Source: Lophium mytilinum | Taxonomy: Eukaryota | Length of the DNA: 64,000 nucleotides | Direction of reading: 5' to 3' | Assembly: GCA_010093605.1 (NCBI GenBank) | Contig: MU004182.1 | Location: 653,032-717,031, forward strand | In this document: one piece after another, positions 52,548-63,514 of the stretch | How positions within the stretch are numbered: position 1 is the first letter of the stretch | How the letters are laid out: each line of letters opens with the position of its first letter | Notes under the pieces: generated by a model | Database searches by the model: none | Told to the model about the DNA's origin: nothing | Seen by the model: the letters and a program-made list of their open reading frames with translations, nothing else | Position numbers and translations under genes: made by a program

Positions 52548-55500
52548 TCAAGGGGCCGCCGCCTCCTTATCTTCCTCCACTGCGTCTTCACACCTCAGAC
52601 ACAGCTCTTCCAGCTTGGGCGCCACAAAACGCCAGCACCTCGGACACTTATGCTCGAGCGGCGGCAGCACCACCACCTTTACCATCGGCCCCTCTTCTCC
52701 CAACTCAAACACTTCCTCGTACCTCCACGCCGGTTCCACTTCCCCGATCGCCTCTTTCACACCCGCCTCTCCCACCACACTGACCCCCGACACAACAAAC
52801 ACATCCGCCAAATCCTCATCTCTCAGCTCCAGCTTCTCAAACTCTTCTTCCACTTTCCCCTCCGGCAGAACCAGCACAACCCTACACTCCAGCCCACTCC
52901 CAATCTTCTTCTCCCCCCTCGCCTTCTCCTGCACGCCCTTGATAGCCGCATGCACCGCCCCAATCACCATCATCTGCCCCTCCAACCTCCGCTCCTCCCC
53001 GGCCTCAAGCTCCCACTCAAACGGCTCCCACACGATCCTCGCCGGATGCTCCTCCTCGCTCCGCATTCGCTCCGGCACGTGCTCCCACACCTCCTCCACC
53101 AACATCGGACACACCGGCGCGAGGATCTGGCAAAGTTCATGAAACAGCAAACCAAGCACATGCTGCGCGCACGCCCTCTCCTCAACACCCCCCGCATAAA
53201 TCCGGTCCTTCAGCGTCTCGAAGTAGAACGCCGACAAGTCATGCGCGATATACTTATTCAGCGCCACCACGCCTCTCGAGAACTCGTACTTCGCGAAGTG
53301 CGCGTGGATCTCTTTGCTCGTCTGCGCGAGGCGGTGGAGCGCGATCTCGTCGGCGAGGGCGAGGGGCGCGTCGGCGAGCCCTTCGTGGAGGTCCGCGAAG
53401 CAGGTTGGGGAGAACCCTGGGATGGGGAGGGCGAGGACGCCGAGGAGCCATTTGAAGGTGACGCGGTATTTGTGCAGCGCGAGGTTGACGCCGAGGAGCA
53501 CGGGCTGGCCGATGACGACGTCTTTGGTGTAGTCGCTGCTCGCGGCCCAGAGGCGGAGGGCGTCGGGGCCCATGGCGTCGTAGGTGGGGTTGGGGGAGGG
53601 GGTGGAGGCGTTGGTGGGCTTACCCTTGTTTTTCCGGGGTTTCATGGGAGGGAGGAGGGAGCCGGACATTATCTCGTCGGGGGAGATGACGTTGCCGAGG
53701 CTTTTGCTCATTTTGCGGCCGTCTTGGTCGAGGGTGAAGCCGTGGGTTATTAGGGTTCGGAAGGGGGGGAGGATTGTGCGTTGCGAGGACTGCGGTTGAT
53801 GGGCGATTCCTTCGGCGACTTCCTGGGGGGTGGTTTGGTGGGCGACGTGGGTGAGGAGCGAGGATTGGAACCAGCCGCGGTGTTGGTCAGTTCCTTCAAA
53901 ATACACATCGGCAACTGGGCCATCATTACGTTGTGATAGAAGAGTCCAGCTGGTGCCGCTGTCGAACCAGACGTCCATAGTGTCCTTGCCTCGAGTATAT
54001 GTCCCCGACAGAGACTCGGGTATCCAAGCAGGGTCGTCCTCGGGATCAGTCCACCAGGCATCGATTCCACGTTGCTCAATTACTTTTGTGATGTGATCAA
54101 TAGTAAGACCATCCATCACAGCTTCGGACTTTTCAGTATCCGTCCTATACAGTGCAGGAATTGGAACACCCCAAGACCGCTGCCGTGAAATACACCACTG
54201 GCTCCGGCCCTGGACGAAACTTTCGAGTCGAGTTCTGCCGACAGCAGGAATGAACGTAACGTCTTCTAATGCCTGCATGGCTCCTGATTTTATACCGTCG
54301 ACATTGGCAAACCATTGCTCTGTTGCTCGGATGATAACAGGTTGCTTCGTTCGCCAATCGATGGGGTATTTGTGCTTGATAGCGTGTGTGTGCAATACAA
54401 AGTCTTTCTCTTCCGCTGTTAGGTATTCCATGACCGCATTGGTACCCTCTTTCTGGACAGATAGACCCTGGAGAAGCTCTGGTTGATCTGGGAATGCAGC
54501 ACTAGTAAAATTACCATTATCATCCACTGGAGCAAAGGCCTGGATCCCAAGCTGACTACACACATTGTAGTCGTCCATGCCATGTCCCGGAGCCATATGC
54601 ACTAGGCCAGAGCCAGAGCTATCAGAGACGAAGTCGGCGTGAATGATAGGCTGAGGCTGTGAGCTGGATCCTTGGAGAGGGTTCCTATAGAACATGTTGC
54701 CCGCGATTTGTGACCCCCGAATACCGCTGGAAACTATCTCTAGCTCCACTCCCAGAACAGATTCGAGATAGCTCACGCGAGAGGTAGCTACTATAAACCG
54801 CCTTGACGAGTTCGGTCCTCGGACAACCGAGTAATCCAACCCATTATGCACCGCAATCGCTTTATTCGCCGGGAGCGTCCACGGGGTAGTCGTCCAAATC
54901 ACCGCATCCACCTCCTGCCACTGTACATCCGGAAACGCCGCCTGAAGCTCATCCGAAGCTTCCACGGGGAACCGTATAAAAGCCGCCGTGGACTCATGAT
55001 TCTCATCATACTCCAGCTCCGCCTCAGCGAGCGCTGTTCCCGACGACGGCGACCAATACACCGGCTTAAATTGCCTATGCACCAACCCTTCACATCCGTC
55101 AGCAACCCCCTCATGAAAACACATCAGCCGCACAAACCTCACCCTTCACAACCATCTCCCTAAACACCCCCAACTGTCTCATTTCAAACGCCTTATCCAT
55201 CGTCTTATACGCATTCCCCCAATCTCCCATCACACCCCACGCCCTAAACCCCGCCATCTGTTCCTTGACAGTCCGCTCCGCCAACGCCCTCGCCGCCTTC
55301 CGCACTCTCACGGGACTCATCCCCGCCCCGGGATCTTTCGCGGCTTGCAAAGCTTTCAGCTCGATCGGCAGCCCGTGGCAGTCCCAGCCCGGCACGTAGC
55401 TCACGCGCTTGCCCTGCCCGACCTCGAAGCGGCAGATGAGGTCTTTTGTGATTTTGTTCAGCGCATGGCCGATATGCAGGGGGCCGTTGGCGTATGGGGG

Positions 55501-55713
55501 CCCGTCGTGGAGCACGAATTCGGGCGCTGCCGACGACTCGGCGGCATGGTTATGGGGAGAGCGCGTCGATTGCTGCCACGCGTAGAACTCGTCGGTGCAG
55601 CGGGCGAGGTAGCGGGGTGCGGCGGCGGGGTTTGGGCGCGCGGGGAAGGGGGATTTCGGGAGGTGGAGCGAAGAGGTCCATTGGGCGCGGAGGAGGCGGG
55701 TTGGAGTTAGCAT
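52548..55713 (-). CDS. ISM1: Isoleucyl-tRNA synthetase, mitochondrial/bacterial type
   Basis: HDGPPYANGPLHIGH, GWDCHGLP, WTTTPWTLPAN, WCISRQR, KMSKS and a C-terminal CPRCW zinc knuckle. Presequence-like N-terminus and one short intron near 55090-55140. Confidence 0.95.
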
Positions 55714-55974
55714 GGTAGCATTGTGGGGTTTGGAGTGCGACTGCAGTCGTGGTAGATCGGATGAAAAAATTGTGGCGCTCGAAACGAGATCACGTGAGGA
55801 ATATATTCGCTGGTCTCTTATTGGTTGAGAGCTGAGCATAGTAGGACTCTTAGAACACGGATGATGTATTGATCGCAACGTTCCAGAGTCTTACCAATGT
55901 ATTTGAACAGCAATTCTACAGGAAACTTGCATTACAGTACAAGGCAAACATTTAGTTTCTAGTAACTTGAAAAA

Positions 55975-56170
55975 AGTTGCAAAAGAAAGGTTCACAGCGG
56001 GAACCGAACTCAAAAACAAAAACTTCGAAGAAGGCGAGCCACTCGCAAGCTTACTAGGCTCAAACGGCCACCGCTAGTGGTAACGAGACTTGTCGGATTA
56101 CCACACGACCATGAGAGCTTTTCAGAGATTGAGTGTTTGGTGCGGACCTCGCTTGGAAGATGGGATACTG
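55975..56170 (-). ncRNA. Possible structured small non-coding RNA (unassigned)
   Basis: Three adjacent hairpins, T-runs on the minus strand, an upstream TATA-like sequence and loose Pol III A/B-box-like words. No recognisable snRNA or tRNA signature. Confidence 0.25.
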
Positions 56171-56701
56171 CTAGAATATTCTAGTATATAAGGCCTTGAA
56201 GATGGTTCACTCTCACTTTGAAAGTTAGAACAGGTTGCCTCTGTCTACCGCATGTAATGACAGGAAATGCTGGCCTAAATTCGCACGTGACTATGCTCAT
56301 TATTGTCTAGAGTCCTAATCGCGATGCTTTATTATATTGACAAGCTACATTAGTACGTAGACGTAGTCTATAAGCTTGTGTACATGAGGCTTCTACGCTT
56401 GGATTGCTCCTCCCGAAGATTCGGATCTAGTTGTATCGAAGCCCTGTGTTAGAAAGGATCTTAGGTTCGCGATTTCGCTAGGAACCACACTGAGCGTGCG
56501 TGAGTATATTATAAACAGCAGTTCACTCCCTAGGATTACACTCACTGGAGAAGAGTCTTAAGCTGAAGAACCTAGCGGTGCATCTCACTCTGGGGCAGCA
56601 ATCACAGAAGAAGTACTTACGAGCACCGATTTGAACCTATCCAGGTGGTAGTAGAATAGTGCCGACGATTTGGTATCCCAGCACTGCAATAATCCCAGTA
56701 C

Positions 56702-57742
56702 TCAATTGGCATATACCTCACTCTTCCCAATATACCAAGGTTTCGCAATGTCAGTAACAGCCTTTTTCAGCAACCCCACATTCACCCCCGACTCCTCAAT
56801 ATCCCACTTCTCCTCCACACAAACGTCCTCAACAATCCACTTCAAAAACGGCCCCAACCCCTTGCTATTCCTCTCCTTCCCGATTTCCCTCAGATAATCC
56901 CACGCCTGCTCCAGCCGCCCGTCCGAACACCACGCCTTCGCACATTCCCGCGCCATCTTTAGCTCCCCCAACACCCTATCCGACGGCGGCCCCTTCGCCG
57001 GCCTCGGCGCATAGTTCGGCTTAAACGGCCCGCCTTTCGTCTTGAACCACACCCGCTCCCTGTGTGGGAAATCATCAAACTTCCATACCACCCCCTCGCC
57101 GGCCCCCTCCACTCCGAACATCCGCGCAAACGGACACGCGGCCGCAACCTCTTCCGCGACTTCCTGTAGCCGCGCCTCCGCGGCCTCCGGCGCCGCGAGG
57201 TCGATCGTGACGTGGTAAACCCCCGCGCGCGAGATGTTAAAGATCTCTTCGCTTTCGTCGTCGAGGTCGGCATAGAGGCTGTCCGGCACCCATCTGCCGT
57301 TTAAGTTGACCGAGATGATGGCGAAGCGCTTGCTGAGGTGCACAAGCGCGACGCGCTTTTGGATACTCGCGCCGACCCACTCGCCGGCGAGGACTAGAGG
57401 GGCGGAGTCATCAACCACAACGCCCGGGTTCAGCTGCTGGAAGCGGGCGTAGTAGCGGTCGCGGAGTGCGAGGAGGGCGGCGGTTTTGGGGGCCATGGCG
57501 GTGGCGAAATTGTGGTTGTCGGCGGTGGTGCTGAGGTTGAGGCAGTTGCGGGATTGGAGCACGATGGTGTTGTCGTGGTAGATGAGGATGTCGGCGTGGG
57601 TGCCGTGGAGCTTGACGGTGCCGATTACGGTGAGTGCTGGGGGTGGGGGGGACTGCGAGGCGAATTCGTGGATGTATTGGAGGTCGTGGAGGATTTCTGG
57701 GAGCTTGGTGCGGATTTTGGGGTAGAGGGTTGATTCGGACAT
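56702..57742 (-). CDS. ATP-dependent RNA ligase, Rnl2-like nucleotidyltransferase
   Basis: Intronless, 346 aa from MSESTLYPK. Motif I TVKLHGTH, Ia QSRN, III LAGEWVG, IV GEGVVW and V FKTK, plus a C-terminal RLEQ...F..W...D...EE helical domain. Confidence 0.8.
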   Translation of the reverse strand: MSESTLYPKIRTKLPEILHDLQYIHEFASQSPPPPALTVIGTVKLHGTHADILIYHDNTIVLQSRNCLNLSTTADNHNFATAMAPKTAALLALRDRYYARFQQLNPGVVVDDSAPLVLAGEWVGASIQKRVALVHLSKRFAIISVNLNGRWVPDSLYADLDDESEEIFNISRAGVYHVTIDLAAPEAAEARLQEVAEEVAAACPFARMFGVEGAGEGVVWKFDDFPHRERVWFKTKGGPFKPNYAPRPAKGPPSDRVLGELKMARECAKAWCSDGRLEQAWDYLREIGKERNSKGLGPFLKWIVEDVCVEEKWDIEESGVNVGLLKKAVTDIAKPWYIGKSEVYAN

Positions 57743-57873
57743 GGTGATAGCTCGGTCGGGTTGTAACAATAGTAACGTAGAGAGAGGATGACGCGAATGA
57801 CGATGAACGATGCGATGAACATTGAACGATGGGATGGATGATGAACGATGCAACTGACGATTAATGATGCGAA

Positions 57874-58011
57874 TGACTCAACGAGAAGAAGGTGATGAAG
57901 AGAAGAAGACAACTGGAAGGAGACGGCCGAGAGCGAGAAAGGTGAGACTCGGCCATGGTTCTTTATTCTATAACAGGCACAATATTGACTCAGCTAGAGC
58001 ACTCTGACTCA
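57874..58011. promoter_or_regulatory. Cluster of three TGACTCA (Gcn4/CpcA/AP-1-type) elements upstream of the RNA ligase
   Basis: Exact TGACTCA at 57874-57880, 57986-57992 and 58005-58011. Confidence 0.6.
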
Positions 58012-58407
58012 TTAGAATGCGGTGCATAGGTGGCAGCATTTAGACTTTCAGCTGCGACCATGAATGTCGAAGAGGAAGAGGGCGGAGTCGTAGCCTTAAT
58101 AGTCGGAATGAGATTCTCCGACTCCGGTCACTCTCACGTGACTGGGGCTTCAGCTGCTTATAGTACTGTTCAAGAGGTTTTTTGCATTTACGATTGTCAC
58201 GGCAATGAGGCCGTGGTTGTTCCATCACGATTTGAAGTCACACTATAGTGAAGAGTTGTGTGTAGTCCATGAATTGCCTGCCTAATCAAGCCAGCACAAA
58301 AGGTGAGACTCAAAGGTAGAACACCGTCCATGACGCCGGCTTCTGAGATAGCAGCGCATCTCCCTTAATTCGCGTCCTTCGAAGAACGAAGTCCACGGGT
58401 CCCGCAC

Positions 58408-61400
58408 TTAACCTTGCCAGTTGACCCTCTTCCCGCGGAACAAGCTAACCATCCCGATGGGCAGAAGGCCCGGGTCAACGACATTCAAGCCACCGAACCG
58501 CTCCATCATTTCCGGACCATACATCTGCGTAACCCATTTCCTGGGGCGAGGCGTTAGTGGAGAGTTGGTAAGAAGAGGGGTCAAAGGGGGACATACCAGT
58601 ACGGCTCCATGCTATGCCAGCTTCTCAGGTTTGCCGGCGTCCCTGTCAGTGTCCGCGTGCCGTCAAGCACCTGTGGCGTCGGATCAATGCTTTCCTCCTG
58701 AGGCCGCTGGAGCAATTTCTCAAAGACCTGGACAAGTCCGCTCGAGAAGTCGCTTGTATAATCCTCGCGATAGCGGGTGAACTCTTCGAATGACATGAAG
58801 ATGTCCTTTTCGCCGGCAGGTGGCTCCCATTCTGGGTCTTCGAGATAGTGAGAGTCTCGGCGTGTGGCGCCGCTCTCGAACTTGGCTTTTGCTTTGCGAT
58901 ACTGGTCGCGTTCTGCTTCGAAGAAGTCTTTGAGGAGGTCCGTCGGGCTTTCCAGGACGGCGTCGCGGATCTGGAGGAGATTGACGAAAGGACTACGGAG
59001 GTCGAGGCCGCCGAGTTCGACGGGAAAGAAGAGAAAGCCATCTGGAATGTTGGACACAGCGAACCGCTCCTGAATGGTCTTTTTGATGTACTCCACAACG
59101 CTCTTACTCTCAGTGTCCCCCATGGCGGCGAAGATAGCGGAGTGAATGCGCTTGTGGGTCGAAAGCATGTTATCGACGTGGTCACGCCCATAGCAATTAG
59201 ACGGCTTGCCGAAATTAGAGACGAAGAATACCGTGGCATAAGTGTTCCAAGCCTGGATCCAGCCAAAGATGCTCTTTTGGCTCTGCAGCTGCGTTTGAAG
59301 CTCTTCAATATGCGACTCGATGATCTTCTGGTCAATCTCAAAACGCCCGGATTGCGGGTTGAGGTACAGGAAGCCCCATCGAATAGTACCTTTGGGGAGT
59401 CGCTCATCAATCGCAAGTTCCTGACTGTCTCGTCCCACACGCACGGCACCAGACTTTGCCTTCTTCAGTGAAGCCCCGATTACTTTGGTAAAGTCGCTGA
59501 CTGTTTGCCAAGCCTTGACGCACTTCTCATGATTTGGACTCCAGAACCAAAAGTCATCGTACATTCGATACAGCGGTGCCCCTCCCACCATCTGATTGAT
59601 GGCGTAGTCGAGACAGAAGAGAGTCGTCTCTCCGAAGAGATCACTCAATGCATGATTGCCGGGCGTGCCACGTCGGCGTATGCGAGGGGATGAAGATGGC
59701 TCGTCCATGAACTTAAGAGGAGCTTCAAGGAACTTCTTGAAGAATGCAACCCACTTTGAAGACATGCCGAAGAATGCCATCACAGCTAATATGGTGTCGT
59801 GGGAGAGTTTGGAATTCCAGTCTTCGAACGAAGATCGGAAGCAGGTAAGCTCACCATGTATCTGGGTATTGATGACGATTTCAGTTGATAGCAGATGCAA
59901 AAGGGTCTGTCTATCATCCATGGGATTCTTCGATTGGACGTCCCCATCATCACTCTCAGCATCCGGATCCGGAGCATTAGTTCGTCGTTTAAAAGAATAC
60001 CCTTGAGGGTCATATCCTTGAGGGGGAGGCTGTCCTAAACTATCCGTTACATTATATGCACTAGCTCTCTGATAATTGGCCATCTGGCGCGACTGATGCG
60101 TCCTTGCCGCCCTCGGCGCCTGATACTGCGAGGCTGCCTGATACTGCTGGGCCGGCATTTGCATTGACCTTTGACGGGGAAACGCCTCTTCATCTTCGCT
60201 ATCGTCCGCCGCCACGCCGAAATTCTCGGCCTCTTCGTCTCCTTCATCGGCCACAACATTTTGATGCACCGAGTCCGGTAGCTGTGCTAAGAAGTACTTC
60301 TGGCGGTGGATACTCCGACGCTTTGTCTGCAGAGTTGGTGTTTGTTTCTGTGGGCCTAGGAAGTACTCGCGGCGTTTGTGGTCGAGTTTCGGAACAGTGT
60401 TTCTTAGAGGATTCCATGCTCCCTTGACCTTTCGGAAATTCTTCAACTCGCGCTTGAAGAAAACGGACCATTGCATACCAATGTACTGCAGAAAGATCGC
60501 CTGCAGTAGATCTTCATGCAGGTGAATTGAGTATATGCCATTGAGCCTCCGACGCTGTTCGACCGGGACATCGGGACCCCAGGACCAATCATCCAGTGCA
60601 GCCATGCGCATGTTCAACACATCTGCAATTTCTCCAAGAATCGTCGAATTGCTTTTGAAGTCCTTCAAGACAGCTCGCTTTTCGTCGTTGAGTAGATCAG
60701 AGGATAGCAGGCCCTCAATCGTCCAGCCAAGGGTGCTGATAGTGAACTGTGCTGGTCGTGACATTGCTGATTCATAGCCTTCGACCTGTTTGCGAAAATG
60801 CTTGAAAGCATTGTAGACATCTCGCTTTTCTTCGTCCATGGGCCTGAAAAGGTCCTCCAGGTATGATTTCAGAGCTCCCAGGTCAGCGTCGAACGGCTCG
60901 AAGACCGATTGCTCCCACAAGGCACGAGACTCTAGCTTCTTTGCAGCGGGTACCTCCTCAAACACGTCGGACATCTCTACGTCGTCTGCAGAGGTCGACT
61001 TAGGCTTTTGCTGGGAGGCGAGCCATTCGGTGACTAGCTGTCCATAAAGGGTAGCGTACTCGTACTTGAGTGACTGAACACTAAGATGTTGGAGGAGTAT
61101 CTTGTCCCACTCGCCCTGCAGCCTGGGAAGAACAGAAGGGTCGTAGCGAGCTTGCTCAGTGAATCGATCGAGGTACTTGAGATCGGCTTCAAGACGGGGC
61201 TTGCCAGCAATGGTTTTGGCGGCGAAGCAGGCTTTTAGGCCATCGATCAGGGTGCGGAAGCGGTCAATAGGGTCGGTCGTACCCTCGACGGCGGCTAGAA
61301 TTGCGGCATACTGCTGTTCAAAGCTGGCGCGCTTCTTGGACAGCTCGTCGAGCTTTGTGGTGGTGATGGATCGAAGCGTCTCTGAAAACACACTGCCCGA

Positions 61401-61409
61401 CGAAGCCAT
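58408..61409 (-). CDS. rvt: Cellular reverse transcriptase-related protein (rvt family)
   Basis: N-terminal coiled-coil (ITTTKLDELSKKR), RT-like motifs EDLLQAIFLQYIG, RRGTPGNHALSDLFGE, YRMYDDFWFW and IRWGFL, and PVELGGLDL. An intron at 58541-58596 (GTATGT..CAG) joins a terminal exon KWVTQMYG...GLLPIGMV...WQG*. No gag, integrase or LTR. Confidence 0.88.
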
Positions 61410-62056
61410 GGTGGTAGAGGTTAGTGATGTGGCCCGGACGTGAGGTAGTGAGGTAGTGGAAAGGAAGTTGGAGGGCGGCGAGGCTAGCTTTTATATTGAA
61501 TTGCTGCGCCGCCCAGGCAGCGACGTCAGGGTCGCTATCCACTGGCCGAAATACCACATGGTACCCCTGCACGCATTCCTGCGGGTCATGGCCTTGAGAC
61601 ACGTGTGTATTCACTCCAAACCACACGCGAAAACGTTTTCAGAGATACGGAGAAGCGTCTAAGAGAATCAGGAGAAGAGTTGGGTTCTAGTAAGGTTTGA
61701 AGCTATTCTACTTTAGGTGTAGCGTTGGATAGATCATGACAACACCTCCGAATGTCTTCCATCACTGCAACATCCATCAATCAAAACATAACGTCAAAGC
61801 GACCATTCCTTCATCAAGCGTATGTAACCGTTCTCATGTCGGCCTGAGATGGAGAAGTTCCGATACATTTTCTGCGTCTGATTCTGCATCGTCATCATCC
61901 ATTCGTTCCGCAATATTATCGATCTCCTTTACTTCCATCGTCGCCACTATAGTCTAAGCTCGTAGATGATATGAGGAGGCGCTCTACGCATATCTAACAT
62001 ACCTTAGCTGCCATACTTAGTAGCATTAACCGCAGACTCGCATCCACTCGTCCACC

Positions 62057-63514
62057 ATGCCGCCCAAACGCAACTCCCGATCTCAAGCCAAATCCAATTC
62101 AACCCACAACACTTCCCAAGACGAAGCATCCAGCAACCCAAACCCCATACAAATAAAACCGCCATCTAGGCCAATTCCCACAAAACCAAATTTCACTGCA
62201 ACGCCAACCCGATCCACAATCCCCAACCCCATACAAATAAAACCGCCATCTAGGCCAATTCCCACAAAACCAAATTTCACTGCAACGCCAACCCGATCCA
62301 CAATCCCCAACCCCATACAAATAAAACCGCCATCTAGGCCAATTCCCACAAAACCAAATTTCACTGCAACGCCAACCCGATCCACAATCCCCAACCCCAT
62401 ACAAATAAAACCGCCATCTAGGCCAATTCCCACAAAACCAAATTTCACTGCAACGCCAACCCGATCCACAATCCCCAACCCCATAAAAATAAAACCGCCA
62501 TCTAGGCCAATTCCCACAAAACCAAATTTCACTGCAACGCCAACCCGATCCACAATTCCCAACCCTTTCAAACCAACCGCCAAACCAATCCCTTGTCTCC
62601 GCCACTGCCCTTCCAATGTCAGCCCATCTCTCATCTTTACCCACGGCGCCGGCGGTGACCTCTCCGCCCCCGCCGTCGTCGACTTCTCAACCGGCTTCAC
62701 AGCAATATCCCCGCTGCTCTGCTTCGAAGGGAGCAGTAACCTCGCATCCCGCGCCTCCGCATTCGCCGCTGTTATCGCGAAAGAAGAGTCATCTACCCAT
62801 GGCTTCGCAGGCGCGTTAGGTGGCCGCAGTCTAGGCGCCCGCGCGGCGGTGGTTGCGGCCACTGAGCTGTTCAAAGAGGGCAGAAGGGCGCCGTGGCTTG
62901 TGCTGGTGAGCTATCCGCTGAATGGGCCCAAGGGGGACGTAAGAGATGAAATCCTGCTAGCGTTGCCGAAAGAGGCGGAGGTGCTCTTTATTAGCGGGAG
63001 CAGGGATGGGATGTGTGATCTCGCGCAGTTGAATGAGGTGAGAGCGAAGATGGAAGCGAAGAGTCAGCTGGTTGTAGTGAGAGGAGCGGACCATGGGATG
63101 CATGTTACGCCTAAGAAAGCTACGAGTGCCGTTGGAGAGGAGACGGGGATGGTGGCGGCGGAATGGTTAAGTGAAGAGCTGTCATTTTTGACGGATATCG
63201 AGATTTGGTGGGATCAGGAGGAGGGGAACGTCACTAGGGAGCTGTATGGCACGGAGGATGAGGTGCCGGCATCAAATGGCAAGGTTAAAGAGAAGGTGGT
63301 GACAAAGAAGGAGGCGGCATCATCTGCACGAGCAAGGAAGTCGACAGCGACGCCATCTAAATACCCCAAAGTGTCGACAGAGCAGCTGGATAAGGATGAG
63401 AAATCGACTAGAAAGCGGAAGAGCGCTGCTACTGGTCCGGAAACCTCAAAGTTTGCTTCAAATCCTTCAGGAAATACGAGATCTTCGAAACGGAAGAAGA
63501 GCGCCACGAAATGA
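62057..63514 (+). CDS. KANL3/Tex30-like alpha/beta hydrolase with N-terminal Pro/Thr repeats and basic C-terminal tail
   Basis: Motifs LIFTHGAGG, GGRSLGAR, VSYPL, FISGSRD and GADH. Confidence 0.85.
   Translation: MPPKRNSRSQAKSNSTHNTSQDEASSNPNPIQIKPPSRPIPTKPNFTATPTRSTIPNPIQIKPPSRPIPTKPNFTATPTRSTIPNPIQIKPPSRPIPTKPNFTATPTRSTIPNPIQIKPPSRPIPTKPNFTATPTRSTIPNPIKIKPPSRPIPTKPNFTATPTRSTIPNPFKPTAKPIPCLRHCPSNVSPSLIFTHGAGGDLSAPAVVDFSTGFTAISPLLCFEGSSNLASRASAFAAVIAKEESSTHGFAGALGGRSLGARAAVVAATELFKEGRRAPWLVLVSYPLNGPKGDVRDEILLALPKEAEVLFISGSRDGMCDLAQLNEVRAKMEAKSQLVVVRGADHGMHVTPKKATSAVGEETGMVAAEWLSEELSFLTDIEIWWDQEEGNVTRELYGTEDEVPASNGKVKEKVVTKKEAASSARARKSTATPSKYPKVSTEQLDKDEKSTRKRKSAATGPETSKFASNPSGNTRSSKRKKSATK
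62141..62565 (+). repeat. 84-bp coding tandem repeat, 5 near-identical copies (NPIQIKPPSRPIPTKPNFTATPTRSTIP)
   Basis: Unit starts at 62141, 62225, 62309, 62393 and 62477. Only the last copy shows substitutions. Confidence 0.97.

Noticed and set aside
58408..61409. Retrotransposon or retroviral pol
   Set aside because: No gag, protease, RNase H, integrase, endonuclease, LTRs or poly(A) tail. It has a spliceosomal intron and rvt-type N- and C-terminal regions.
62141..62565. CRISPR-like array
   Set aside because: Head-to-tail units without unique spacers, in frame within a eukaryotic CDS.
62083..62874. Antisense repeat ORFs with Cys/Trp or Gly/Val periodicity
   Set aside because: Mirror frames of the 84-bp repeat. 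The plus-strand frame continues into a recognisable hydrolase.
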